This document shows, in pieces, positions 29,505 to 39,174 of a stretch of DNA of 64,000 nt. The position numbers and the translations under genes were made by a program. The notes beneath the pieces were generated by a model. The model ran no database searches. It saw only the letters and a list, made by a program, of their open reading frames with translations, and was not told the origin of the DNA. This DNA is from Vulcanimicrobiota bacterium (GTDB lineage Bacteria; Vulcanimicrobiota; Vulcanimicrobiia; Vulcanimicrobiales; Vulcanimicrobiaceae), in contig CAWGBN010000002.1 in NCBI GenBank assembly GCA_963820825.1, positions 256,001-320,000 of the forward strand, read 5' to 3'. Within the stretch, counting starts at the first letter, position 1. Each line of letters begins with the position of its first letter.

Positions 29505-31582
29505 TTCTGCAGCGCCGCCGTCGCGCTCCGCACCGATTGCAGCATTCGATCGTAGGCCGACTTCAAAACGCTCTCGTCGCCGGCGGCGAAGACGATCTCC
29601 GGGAAGCTCGTGTAGACGCGGTCGATGGTGTGATAGTAGGAGTTCTCTAAAAGGCCGCCCGGGATGAAGAACGCGTCGCGTGAGGCCTGCTCGTGCGCCG
29701 CAATCGAGGCCATCGCGGCCGTATCCCCTTTGCCTTCGGCCTGCTGCATCGCAAGATCGGTTTGGTGCGCGACTTGCTGATACTGCGTCAACGCTTGCCG
29801 TAGCTCGCCAAGGGTGATCGCGCCGTTACTCTTCTGAAATGCCGCGGTCGCCAGCGGCGTTAGGTCGTCGAGCAGCTGCGAGGGAACCTCCTCGATTCGC
29901 AGCGGTTCGACCGTTGCATTCGCGGCTCGCATCGCTTGAATGCCGGTGAGCTGCGCCATCGCGACGGCTTGCCGCATCCCCGGATCATAGGTGCGCAGAC
30001 CGTCGATATTATCCTCGGCGGTGTGGTGCGCGCCGAAGTAGCCGTAGTAGCCGTTCGACGTGCTGAGAACACCGAGCATATAGGAGAAGTTCTGATGGTC
30101 GGAGCCGCCGGTGATTGGGTTGAGCAGCGGCTCGAGGCGCTGGTCGCGCGCGCCGAGCATGCCCATACCGTCGGCGGCCGGAACGACGTCGCAGATCTGC
30201 TTCACGAACGCATAGAGTCCGGGAGAGGCGCTCACCACGAACGGGTCGCCGGTCGTGAGCTGGTCGGTATTGATATACTGAAAGACGTTCTTACGCAGTT
30301 CGGGTCCGTACTGATAGATGTAGGCCGCCGAACCGAACAGCCCGAGCTCGTGTCCGTCCCACGACGCGAATTCGATCGTGCGTTTGGGCTTCCAGCCGCG
30401 CTGCGCGAGTGCGTGAAATGCATCGGCGTCTTGGAGCAGCACCGTCGTGCCGCTTCCGGGATCGATTGCGCCAAAGGTCATAGCGTCGCGGTGGCTGCCG
30501 ATCATCACGATCGAGTCGGGCTCTTCGCTGCCCTTCATGTCACCAAAGACCAGCCAGATCGTCTTGAGCTTCCGCTCGAACTTCGTATGCACGCGGGCGA
30601 TCACGTTCCCGCCGAAGTGCTGCACGAACTCGAACATCGGATGCCACGATTGCGGAACGACTCTACCGGTCATAGCTGCGAGCAGCGTACGCGCGGTGCT
30701 CTGCGTAAGGCTCAACTCCGGAATCGTCGCGTGGGGGATCTCGTTCCAGCTCTGGTGCGCCGCGCCGACGACGGGTGCGTGGCCTGCCATCGTTGGATCG
30801 CCCGGCGGAAAGGCCAGGAACCCGCGCGGGGACATTCCGCTCATCCGCTCGGCCATGTGCGTATTCTTGTAGTTGCCATCCGGCCACATCGCGCCGCCGC
30901 CGTAGCCGCTCGTCGCCGGCTCGAAATACTCCAAGATTCCGGCCACGCCGCGCTTGCGAAGTTCGTTGTACGGGATCCAGCTTCGGTTGGCGTTGCGGAT
31001 GCCGCCGCCGCCCGGTGCGCCGAGGCGCACGAGCGCGATCGCGCCTTTGAGGCTCACGTGATCCGCATCGATCTCTGCGAGGTCATCTTTGGTCGCCGCG
31101 TCGACGTAAACGACCGGACCGGTGACCGTGCCGTCGCCCGACTCTTCGAGAAACGGCGGCCCCGCCATCATCTCCCAGCGCGTATGGTGTCCCGGCACCC
31201 CTTCGAGCAGATCGAAGGCCTGACGATGGGGCGCGAGCAGCGTCAAACTCTGCTCGAGCGGCCCGGTGAACTCGACTTGGTACTCCTGGATTCGCGTGAC
31301 GAACCCGTCACGCGCCAATCGCTGCTTGACGTAGAGCGCGGTTGCATAATCGGCAGCCGAGCCGGCGCGGTGTGGAACGGATGAGAGGTGATGCTCGATC
31401 TCCATCGCGTTCGCGCCGCTCGGCGCGGAGAGCATCGTCTTCTCAGCTTGGAGTTCGGCCGAAACCGCCGGACCGGCGGCCCAGCCGATCAGCGCCGTGT
31501 CCGAAGAAACCGTCGACGGCGCCGCCGCGCCGAGTAAGACGAGCGCACAAATAATTGCAAGAAACGTTCGCATGGAGGCCAT
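29501..31582 (-). CDS. M28B peptidase (glutamate carboxypeptidase II / transferrin-receptor-like, PA domain)
   Basis: Signal peptide; PHRAGS, GSHRDA, IDPGSG, SWDGHELG, YINTD, GGSDHQNF, HHTAED. Confidence 0.88.
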   Translation of the reverse strand: MASMRTFLAIICALVLLGAAAPSTVSSDTALIGWAAGPAVSAELQAEKTMLSAPSGANAMEIEHHLSSVPHRAGSAADYATALYVKQRLARDGFVTRIQEYQVEFTGPLEQSLTLLAPHRQAFDLLEGVPGHHTRWEMMAGPPFLEESGDGTVTGPVVYVDAATKDDLAEIDADHVSLKGAIALVRLGAPGGGGIRNANRSWIPYNELRKRGVAGILEYFEPATSGYGGGAMWPDGNYKNTHMAERMSGMSPRGFLAFPPGDPTMAGHAPVVGAAHQSWNEIPHATIPELSLTQSTARTLLAAMTGRVVPQSWHPMFEFVQHFGGNVIARVHTKFERKLKTIWLVFGDMKGSEEPDSIVMIGSHRDAMTFGAIDPGSGTTVLLQDADAFHALAQRGWKPKRTIEFASWDGHELGLFGSAAYIYQYGPELRKNVFQYINTDQLTTGDPFVVSASPGLYAFVKQICDVVPAADGMGMLGARDQRLEPLLNPITGGSDHQNFSYMLGVLSTSNGYYGYFGAHHTAEDNIDGLRTYDPGMRQAVAMAQLTGIQAMRAANATVEPLRIEEVPSQLLDDLTPLATAAFQKSNGAITLGELRQALTQYQQVAHQTDLAMQQAEGKGDTAAMASIAAHEQASRDAFFIPGGLLENSYYHTIDRVYTSFPEIVFAAGDESVLKSAYDRMLQSVRSATAALQN

Positions 31583-31678
31583 CGTTTGCGGACGACGGCG
31601 CGCGCACCTCGGAGGGTTCGAACGGTAACCGGGCCCCCGTGGCCTCCGTGCCGCGAGGGCCTGATTACCGTGGCGTCC

Positions 31679-32059
31679 CTACAATCGACTCAGGGAGGTC
31701 TCGATCAGGTCCAATAACCGTGGATCGTCGGTCTGCGTCTGTGCGTCGGTAAGGAAGAATCGTGCCGCCGCTTTCGCCGACGCGGCGTCGTTGTAGCGTC
31801 CGACGTTGTCGTACGCAATGCCGACCTCGGCCATCCACGTGCCCTCGAGCGTCAGATCGAGCGCGCGCTGGTGGCCTTTGTCGCTCTGCGCGTTGGTCGC
31901 ATAGTCATCGGCTACGGCGCGGCAGTTCGCGGCGATGCCCGACCAGTTCTGCGTCTGCATCGCTGACGTGCAGAGGGTCTTGTCTTGAGATTGATCGGCG
32001 CTCGCGATCGCCGGTATGCTGACGATCGCGAGCGCGGCGAGGATGGCGATGGTCCTCAT
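31679..32059 (-). CDS. secreted hypothetical protein
   Basis: SD AAAGG; signal peptide ending ASA; Cys pair. Confidence 0.7.
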   Translation of the reverse strand: MRTIAILAALAIVSIPAIASADQSQDKTLCTSAMQTQNWSGIAANCRAVADDYATNAQSDKGHQRALDLTLEGTWMAEVGIAYDNVGRYNDAASAKAAARFFLTDAQTQTDDPRLLDLIETSLSRL

Positions 32060-32105
32060 TATTGCAGCCTTTCAAGTAGTAATTCAAAGTGTGGCCGTCG
32101 AGACA

Positions 32106-32429
32106 TCACCAGTGGCGCGCCTCCTGCAGCTCCGATATGACGCCCTCCGAGAGCGAGTGCGTAATCGGATCTTCCCATTTAGCGAAGAGACGGATTGCCG
32201 AGTCGGATGAAATGCGTTGGGGAATGAAGAGTTCGACCGCGTATTTGAGGCGCCGCGCCATCGCGTTCGCCCGTTCGTTGAGTCGCGGTGGAAGCGTCTG
32301 GACGCCTTGCGCCCGACGCCGTGCGATTACTTGGAGCTCCCTCTCGACCCGATCGGCGAGCTCTGCCGCCTCGCCTTGAAAGCGCACGGTAGATTCTTCC
32401 CAATCCCGGTCGTAATCGCACGGTCTCAT
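32106..32429 (-). CDS. hypothetical protein (107 aa)
   Basis: Strong SD AAGGAGG before ATG 32429; helical composition. Confidence 0.5.
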   Translation of the reverse strand: MRPCDYDRDWEESTVRFQGEAAELADRVERELQVIARRRAQGVQTLPPRLNERANAMARRLKYAVELFIPQRISSDSAIRLFAKWEDPITHSLSEGVISELQEARHW

Positions 32430-32575
32430 TCGATGCCTCCTTGCCCATTTCGCGTCCAAAATGGCACATCTCGAGCCCCATAAGGGGGCCCGCTCCACCT
32501 GGATTATTACACGTTAATGCGTCAACGGTGTGGCGACGTTGAGTTAGAATCGTGGCCGGCTGGCGCCGGCCCATT

Positions 32576-32591
32576 GTGGGGGTTCCCCCAC
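32576..32591. promoter_or_regulatory. inverted repeat GTGGGGG-TT-CCCCCAC, candidate operator
   Basis: Perfect 7-2-7 dyad about 60 nt upstream of the Vgb-like gene. Confidence 0.4.
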
Positions 32592-32648
32592 TATGCTTTT
32601 CACGCCGGGGGGCTACGATGGCAATGACCCTTGAGGAGGGGTTTGCAG

Positions 32649-33692
32649 ATGATTTTGAAGCCGCAGCATCGCTTTCTGCCCGGCGCTCTCGCCGGATTCG
32701 TCCTGGCCGGCGCCGTCGCCGCATGCAGCGGCGGATCGAACTCCACCGCGGCCTTACCCCCGGCGGCCTCGGCCCCTGCGGAGCGGCGCGCCCCCGCCCC
32801 CGCGCCCACGAGCACCGAGTTCTTCACCGGCATCACGGCGAACAGCAACCCGCGCGGGATCACCGCGGGCCCCGGCGGGATGTGGTTCACGCAACCGGGT
32901 TCCAACCAGATCGGGCGAATCACCTCGACCGGCGTCGTTACCGAGTTCGCCGCGCCGGCCACGACACTGAACAACATCGTCGAGGGACCCGACGGAAACA
33001 TGTGGTTCACGCAAGGCGGCGCGGATAGCATAGGACGCATAACCCGCAACGGACGTCTGCACACGTTTGCCGTCGGCAACGAGGCCTACGGGCCGTGGGA
33101 CATTACCACTGGTTCCGACGGCAATCTCTGGTTTACGTTCCGCTCGCCGAGCACCAACGCGATCGGCCGCATCACTACAGCGGGCGCCGTCACGCTCTTC
33201 ACCAACGGACTCTCGCCGGGTGACGTCGCCGTACACGACATAGCGACCGGATCCGACGGCAACGTCTGGTTCGCCGAAGAGTTCGGCAACCGAATCGGCC
33301 GCATCACGCCCGCCGGCACGATTACCGAGTTTACCAACGGCATCACCGCTAACGCCGGACTCGTCGACATCACGCCCGGTCCCGACGGCAATCTGTGGTT
33401 TACCGAGAACTCCTCGAATAAGATCGGACGCATCACGACCTCCGGCGTCGTCACCGAGTTTTCGCGGGGAATCACGGCGAACTCAGGCCCCGGATCGATC
33501 ATGGAATCCGGCAACTACGTCTGGTTCACCGAACTCAACAACACCCGAATCGGCCGCGCGAGCACGAGCGGCCACATCGTCGAGTACCCGATTCCGACGG
33601 CGGTGGCTGCCGATCTCGCGAGCGGCGCGCCGCACAACTCTCTCTGGATTACCGACTACACCGGGAACGGCATCGTTCAGTTCATGCCGTGA
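32649..33692 (+). CDS. Vgb (virginiamycin B lyase)-like beta-propeller lipoprotein
   Basis: SD GAGGAGG; lipobox VAAC; repeated GPDGNxWFT...IGRIT blades. Confidence 0.88.
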   Translation: MILKPQHRFLPGALAGFVLAGAVAACSGGSNSTAALPPAASAPAERRAPAPAPTSTEFFTGITANSNPRGITAGPGGMWFTQPGSNQIGRITSTGVVTEFAAPATTLNNIVEGPDGNMWFTQGGADSIGRITRNGRLHTFAVGNEAYGPWDITTGSDGNLWFTFRSPSTNAIGRITTAGAVTLFTNGLSPGDVAVHDIATGSDGNVWFAEEFGNRIGRITPAGTITEFTNGITANAGLVDITPGPDGNLWFTENSSNKIGRITTSGVVTEFSRGITANSGPGSIMESGNYVWFTELNNTRIGRASTSGHIVEYPIPTAVAADLASGAPHNSLWITDYTGNGIVQFMP

Positions 33693-33710
33693 ACCGCGAG
33701 TCGATCGTGC

Positions 33711-36431
33711 TCAAGTCTCGGTTCGGCTCTGCGACGATGCGACGAGCGCCGCGAGTTGCGAGCGAGACTTGAGACCGAACTTTGCGTAGATCGACGTCAA
33801 ATACTTCTCGACGGCCTTCTCGGTGATCGAGAGCTCCGCTGCAGCCGCACGATTCGGTTTCCCCGCGGCGATCAGCAGCGCGAGCTCTCGTTCGCGCGCC
33901 GTCAACATCTGCAGGGCACCGTTGCCTCGGTCCCCCATCCCTTGCACCTCGAGACGTCGCGCGCTCCCCGTCGCACCGCAGCGCAGGTAGATCGCGAGCG
34001 CCGCTTCCCGGCAACCGGCATGTTCGAGCGCGAACGCTTCGAAGAGCGGCCACCCGAGCGCGCCGAATCGCTCGGCGGCGTCGAGTCCGTGCTTCACCGT
34101 CTCGTTCGACTCCGCTCGTTGCGACGCCGCGACGGTGTCGAGCAGCGCCAGGAGCGCCTTGTTTACGCGGTCGCCCGGACGAGCGGCTCCCGCGGCGACA
34201 ATCGACCGCAGCTCGCCGGCGCGCTCGGGTATAAACCTCGCGATTGCCGCGACCGGGAGCATCATCCCGAACGAGGTCGTCAACGAGTCGAGCACGCGTC
34301 CGAGCAAGAGGCGGACGTCGCGGGCGCGTCCTTTTGCGGCGAGCGCGAAAGCGTGGGCCGCGGCGACGCGCGCGAGCGTTGCGGTGAACGGCTGCAGCGC
34401 GGCCTCGCTTGCGAATTCCGGTTCGTAATATGCTTCGAGCATCGCGTCGTCGCCCGCAGCGAGCGCGAGCGGAATCGCCACCTGCGTCTGCATCGCGCGC
34501 ATCAGGAACTTGCGCGACGGCCTCGTGGCGTTGACGATGCTGCGCGCTTCGGCAAGGTTGCCCGCGTACAACTCGACCTGAGCGAGCAGCACCGTTTGAT
34601 CTTCGAAGCGCAGTGTCCGCGCCAACTCGCGCGCGATCCGGTGGTGCGTTCGAGCCAGGTCGGTCTCGCCGACGCAGAGTGCCTGAACCGCAAAATTCGC
34701 ATGGGCGACCTGAATCGGCCCGGGATGGCCGCGCAGTTCGTAGATCGCGATGCCCTCCGCGAAGCACGCCTTCCATTCGTCGATCTCGGCGCGCAGCGCG
34801 TGCAGTTCGCTCGCACCGAGAAAGTACTCGGCCGTCGCGTCGGCGCCGGGCTCCAAATCGGCGCGATCGACTCGGTCCAGCGCGTTGCGCGCGGCTTCCA
34901 AGTCTCCGTCGCGCGCAAGCATCATCGCCAGTCGCGTGAGCAGGCGCGCTCGAAGCGCCGCGTGTTCGCTGGTGACGAGCGGGAGCGTCTCGCGGACGAG
35001 CGCGATCGCCGCAGCCCTTCGGCCGCCGTCGTAGAGGTGCCCGGCCATCAGCGCTCGGCTTAGAACCGCTTGCGGCACGTCACCGAGTTCGATCGCAAGC
35101 TCGACCGAGCGTTCGTAACGCGCGAGCCCGTCATCGAGATCGCCGGAGAAGATGAAGGCTTGCGCGGTGCGCGACTCAACGCGCGCGCGGGCCGCACGAT
35201 CGCTCTCGAAGCCCATCGCCGCGCGCTCGAAGAACGAGGCCGCATCCTGATAGGCGAATATTGCCATTGCCGCATCGCCGGCCATCTCGTAGTATCCGGC
35301 GGCGCGGTCGCGCCGGTCGGCCTGCCAAAAATGGTGGGCGAGATCCTCGGGTGCTCCGGCCTCTTCGCGAGACCGCTCCAGATGCTCGGCAATCGCGAGA
35401 TGAAACGGACGTGCCGCCTCGGCTTCCATCTCACCGTAGACGACGTCGCGCGTCAGCGCGTGACGGAATTGATAGGCGCCGCCGGCACCGTCGACCGAAT
35501 CGATCAGTTGCAGGCCGCGCAGTCGCTCTAACATCGGTTCGAGCGCGATCGGATCGTCTCCGAAGACCGTCGTTAGGCCATCGATTGTGAAGGTTCGTCC
35601 GAAGACCGCAGCGCGCTGGAGCAGCGAGAGCTCGTCACTCGAGCAATCGCGCAGGCGCTCGCGGATGAGTGCGTGCAACGAGAGCGGCAACGCGAGTGGC
35701 GAGATTGCCGCACGCGAGCGCTGCGAATCGACGGCGCTGCGGAGCAGTTCTTCGGCGAAGAGCGGGTTGCCGTCCGAGCGTTCGCGGACCGCGCGCAGTA
35801 CCGGCGCGGGAAGCCTGACCGTATCGGCTAGTGCGCCCGACATCAGCTGATCGGTCTCCTCGTCCGCCAAGCGGGGGAGCGTGACGACGGAGACCTCCGG
35901 CTCGCGGACGAGCTCCCCGAACCACCGGAAGAGCGGGTGCGTGGGCAGCAGCTCGTTGTCGCGGTAGGTGGCGATAAAGAGTAGCCGTTTACTTGCCGCT
36001 CGCTGGGCGAGGACGAGCAACGTCTGAACGAGATCGACCGAGGCCCAGTGGAGGTCTTCGAGTGCAACGATCGTCACGCGCTTTGCGGCGACGAGCTCGA
36101 ACCGCCGGGCGATGGCATCGATCCGGTCCTCTTTAGAGGACGCAGCCAGATCGCCGGCATCGAAGTCGGCGATCTGCCCGAGAGAATCGAGCAGCGGCCC
36201 GAGCGGTTTCTGGGCGAAGGCGCGGCACGCGCTCCAGGCGACGGCCGAGGTGCGACGGTTCACGCGCCCGATGAACTCGTGGAGCAGGCGCGACTTCCCA
36301 ATGCCCGGCTCGCCTCCAACCAGGACTAGTCCGCCGTGTGACTCGCCGGCGGCGCGCCGGCGAGCGGCAAGGTGCTCCAGTTCGTCCGACCGGCCGACAA
36401 AAGGCCGGCAAAGGATCCGCGTGGATATCAA
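33711..36431 (-). CDS. LAL/MalT-like regulator: AAA ATPase + TPR + LuxR HTH
   Basis: FVGR, GEPGIGKS Walker A, LEDLHWA Walker B, GNPLFAEEL, FRHALTRD, C-terminal LTARERE..AVEKYLTSIYAKFG. Confidence 0.92.
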   Translation of the reverse strand: MISTRILCRPFVGRSDELEHLAARRRAAGESHGGLVLVGGEPGIGKSRLLHEFIGRVNRRTSAVAWSACRAFAQKPLGPLLDSLGQIADFDAGDLAASSKEDRIDAIARRFELVAAKRVTIVALEDLHWASVDLVQTLLVLAQRAASKRLLFIATYRDNELLPTHPLFRWFGELVREPEVSVVTLPRLADEETDQLMSGALADTVRLPAPVLRAVRERSDGNPLFAEELLRSAVDSQRSRAAISPLALPLSLHALIRERLRDCSSDELSLLQRAAVFGRTFTIDGLTTVFGDDPIALEPMLERLRGLQLIDSVDGAGGAYQFRHALTRDVVYGEMEAEAARPFHLAIAEHLERSREEAGAPEDLAHHFWQADRRDRAAGYYEMAGDAAMAIFAYQDAASFFERAAMGFESDRAARARVESRTAQAFIFSGDLDDGLARYERSVELAIELGDVPQAVLSRALMAGHLYDGGRRAAAIALVRETLPLVTSEHAALRARLLTRLAMMLARDGDLEAARNALDRVDRADLEPGADATAEYFLGASELHALRAEIDEWKACFAEGIAIYELRGHPGPIQVAHANFAVQALCVGETDLARTHHRIARELARTLRFEDQTVLLAQVELYAGNLAEARSIVNATRPSRKFLMRAMQTQVAIPLALAAGDDAMLEAYYEPEFASEAALQPFTATLARVAAAHAFALAAKGRARDVRLLLGRVLDSLTTSFGMMLPVAAIARFIPERAGELRSIVAAGAARPGDRVNKALLALLDTVAASQRAESNETVKHGLDAAERFGALGWPLFEAFALEHAGCREAALAIYLRCGATGSARRLEVQGMGDRGNGALQMLTARERELALLIAAGKPNRAAAAELSITEKAVEKYLTSIYAKFGLKSRSQLAALVASSQSRTET

Positions 36432-36629
36432 ATATACCGCCCTAAGAAGGTTGTCGAGGCAGGATTCAAGCAGCGCTTAGCCGGACTGAGCAGTCAAGGC
36501 CGGGAGGGGCTCGTTTAGCGTTGGCTGCGGCCGGGCATCGTTTCCCTACCAGTCTTGCCTACAACTCTACACTACCTCCCCAACGTAGGCTCTTCCCTTA
36601 AGCTTAAGCTTTCAAGGAGCCTAACCCAA

Positions 36630-37757
36630 ATGCGTTACGTCAATACAATCTTCTGTGCGGCGGCCCTCATCGGCTTGGTGGGCTGCTCCGCTATGAATTC
36701 CGGCTCCTCGGGTTCGTCATTGCCGAATACCGGCGGCCAATCGGCCGCGCCGGATCGCGAAGTCAGCAATTGGACTCCGGTTAACTCAGCCGGATGGAAG
36801 CAGGATGCGGGCCCACGCACGGGTGGCAGCCACCCGCCACAAACCGGGCAACGCGGAGGCTACTACGCTTCGCAGTTCCGTTCGGCAGTTGGTGTCTATG
36901 GCTACTCCCCCAAGCCGAACAAAACGAATAGTGGGCCAGTCTGCTCACCGCCGGGTAACCGGTACAACGTCAACGGAATCGCCTCCGATGAAAAAGGGAA
37001 CTTGATCGTTCCTGGATCGTCGACCGCTTCCGGCAAGAGCACCAAGCATTGGCAGATCGAAGTCTTCCAAGGCAGCACGCAGCCCCTAATCTGCGGGCAA
37101 CTTCTCGGAACGATTCCGGACATGACCGGTCAGCCCGTAGACGCTGCGTCGTTCAACGCGACCCTCGCACCGATCGCCGTGAGTGAAATCAACTTCACCA
37201 CGAAGCTCGGTGAAGTCGTCCTTTGCACGCTCTCCTCGCTCTCGTGCGGCGCACCCATCACCAGTTCGGCCATCACGGGATACGGCGCGGGCGTTGCGAT
37301 GGATGCGAACGGAAACTGCTGGCTCTCGACCGCAAAGAGAATCAGCAACGGAATTCCGGTTGGATTCCGGTTGATCTACTGGGCCGGCTGTACCGGAAAC
37401 GGCCAAGTCGCCAGCGTTCCCGCTGGACAGTCGTCCTACGGCGGCCTGTTCGTCGACAACTCCGGCAACATCGGCTCGTTCGATTCGTTCAACAGCATGC
37501 TCTTCGTCTACAGCGGCTGCAACCCGACTTGCGGTCTAGTCGGAAAGTTCGCACTGCAAGGTCAGTCGTTCTACGGAAACCTCAACGGGTCGGGCTACAA
37601 GCTCGCCGTCGGCGATGAGTCGAACGGTTCCGTCGACGTCTACAACTACTCGTTACCGACCTTTACGCTGCGATACAGCTTCAACGCGGGTCTCAAGCAC
37701 CGAGATCTCGTTGAGTCGGGCATCTTCTCGCCGACGAACCAGCGGATGCATCACTAG
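36630..37757 (+). CDS. hypothetical lipoprotein (probable beta-propeller)
   Basis: SD AAGGAG; lipobox LVGC; repeated D..GN turns; several Cys pairs. Confidence 0.8.
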   Translation: MRYVNTIFCAAALIGLVGCSAMNSGSSGSSLPNTGGQSAAPDREVSNWTPVNSAGWKQDAGPRTGGSHPPQTGQRGGYYASQFRSAVGVYGYSPKPNKTNSGPVCSPPGNRYNVNGIASDEKGNLIVPGSSTASGKSTKHWQIEVFQGSTQPLICGQLLGTIPDMTGQPVDAASFNATLAPIAVSEINFTTKLGEVVLCTLSSLSCGAPITSSAITGYGAGVAMDANGNCWLSTAKRISNGIPVGFRLIYWAGCTGNGQVASVPAGQSSYGGLFVDNSGNIGSFDSFNSMLFVYSGCNPTCGLVGKFALQGQSFYGNLNGSGYKLAVGDESNGSVDVYNYSLPTFTLRYSFNAGLKHRDLVESGIFSPTNQRMHH

Positions 37758-37803
37758 CCTCCGCCGCGGTATGATCGACGCTTCAACGTAGAAGCGGATA
37801 ACC

Positions 37804-37839
37804 AACGGGGTGGCCGGTGCGGCCGCCCCGTTTTAATTT
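37804..37839 (+). terminator. intrinsic terminator
   Basis: AACGGGGTGGCCG-GTG-CGGCCGCCCCGTT followed by TTAATTT. Confidence 0.75.
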
Positions 37840-37868
37840 GCGCCTCCTCCTCCCCTTGCGCCGTTCTG

Positions 37869-37909
37869 AACTTTGTGATACAAAGTTAATAACTTTGCAA
37901 CGCAAAGCC
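37869..37909. promoter_or_regulatory. tandem palindromic operator (ACTTTG-N5-CAAAG, two copies)
   Basis: AACTTTG-TGATA-CAAAGTT at 37869 and AACTTTG-CAACG-CAAAG at 37891, 22 bp apart. Confidence 0.7.
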
Positions 37910-37937
37910 ACTGATCCGACGGCTCGAGGAATTTCGC

Positions 37938-39101
37938 ATGCTCAAACGCCTGACCGCCATCACCTTCATCTTCGGCTGCACCGCGGCCGCATGGATGATT
38001 CTCGGCGGAACACTGGTAACGCGCACCGCCGACTCCGATTCGAAGCAGCGCGAACGGCTCGTCGCCCAGTGGGGGAGCGCGCAGACGCAAACGGCACCGC
38101 AGGTCACCGCAAGGCTGAGCGGCAGTTCCTACACGGTCGTTCCGATTCAGCGCAGCCGAGTCGACGTGGCGCTCCAACTCGAGCAGCGCCGGGACGGACT
38201 GCTTTGGTACAATCTCTATAATGTCCGGTTTGCCGGCCGCTACCGGATCCGAAACGTAACCAACGCCCGACGCCTGACCGTGCGCTTTCCGTTTCCATCG
38301 AACGATGGAACCTATGCGGATTTCAGCGCCGTCATCGGCGGTCGGCGCGTCGCCGACCCGACCGCACTCGACCGCGGCTGTTTGAGTTTTTCGCTGGCGC
38401 CCGGGGATGAAACCACGCTCGACATCGGTTACCGCTCGCGCGGCATGGGAACCTGGATCTATCGCTTCGGAGACGGCGTCCAATCGGCGAACGATTTCGA
38501 TCTGACGATGACGGCGAACTTCGACGCGCTCGACTTTCCGCCGCAGACGCTTCTTCCGGTTACCGAAGAACGCCGCAGCGGCGGCGCGCGACTCGAGTGG
38601 CGCTACTCGGCGCTCGTCACCGGCGACGGAATCGGAATGGCCTTCCCGACGCCGCTGCAACCCGGACCGCTCGCCCAGCGCATCACTTTTTGGGCGCCGG
38701 TCGCGCTCTTCTTCTACTTTTTCGTGATGCTCGTAGTCACGACGCTACGCCGGATCGAGCTCCATCCGATTAATTACTTCTTTCTCGCCGCATCGTTCTT
38801 TGCGTTCCATCTACTCTTCGCGTATCTCGTCGACCGCATCCCGATCGCCGCGGCTTTCGCGATCTGCTCGTGCGTCACGCTCTTCCTGACGATCTCCTAT
38901 CTGCGGCTCGTCGTTGGGTGGAAGTTCGCCGCAGTCGAAAGCGGCCTGGCCCAGCTCGTCTATCTCGTCCTCTTCTCCTACGCGCTATTCAACGAAGGGT
39001 GGAGCGGACTCACCATTACGATCGGCGCGATCATCACGCTCTTCGTGGCGATGCAGGCCACCGGCCGGATCGACTGGAACGAGCGGCTCGCTCCGTCATG
39101 A
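37938..39101 (+). CDS. inner-membrane CreD-like protein
   Basis: N-terminal TM, WG..Q, periplasmic domain, C-terminal multi-TM with HPINY..FHLL..YL..I..AF. Confidence 0.75.
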   Translation: MLKRLTAITFIFGCTAAAWMILGGTLVTRTADSDSKQRERLVAQWGSAQTQTAPQVTARLSGSSYTVVPIQRSRVDVALQLEQRRDGLLWYNLYNVRFAGRYRIRNVTNARRLTVRFPFPSNDGTYADFSAVIGGRRVADPTALDRGCLSFSLAPGDETTLDIGYRSRGMGTWIYRFGDGVQSANDFDLTMTANFDALDFPPQTLLPVTEERRSGGARLEWRYSALVTGDGIGMAFPTPLQPGPLAQRITFWAPVALFFYFFVMLVVTTLRRIELHPINYFFLAASFFAFHLLFAYLVDRIPIAAAFAICSCVTLFLTISYLRLVVGWKFAAVESGLAQLVYLVLFSYALFNEGWSGLTITIGAIITLFVAMQATGRIDWNERLAPS

Positions 39102-39124
39102 GCGCATCGGCGGCATTTACGAGA

Positions 39125-39150
39125 AGAGGCGGCGCGCATGCGCCGCCTCT
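39125..39150. terminator. hairpin between convergent genes
   Basis: AGAGGCGGCGC-GCAT-GCGCCGCCTCT. Confidence 0.6.
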
Positions 39151-39174
39151 CGCTACTGCCGGCTTCGGTTGGCG

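Noticed and set aside
32649..33692. Bona fide streptogramin B resistance gene vgb
   Set aside because: It is a lipoprotein with only fold-level similarity; catalytic residues could not be verified
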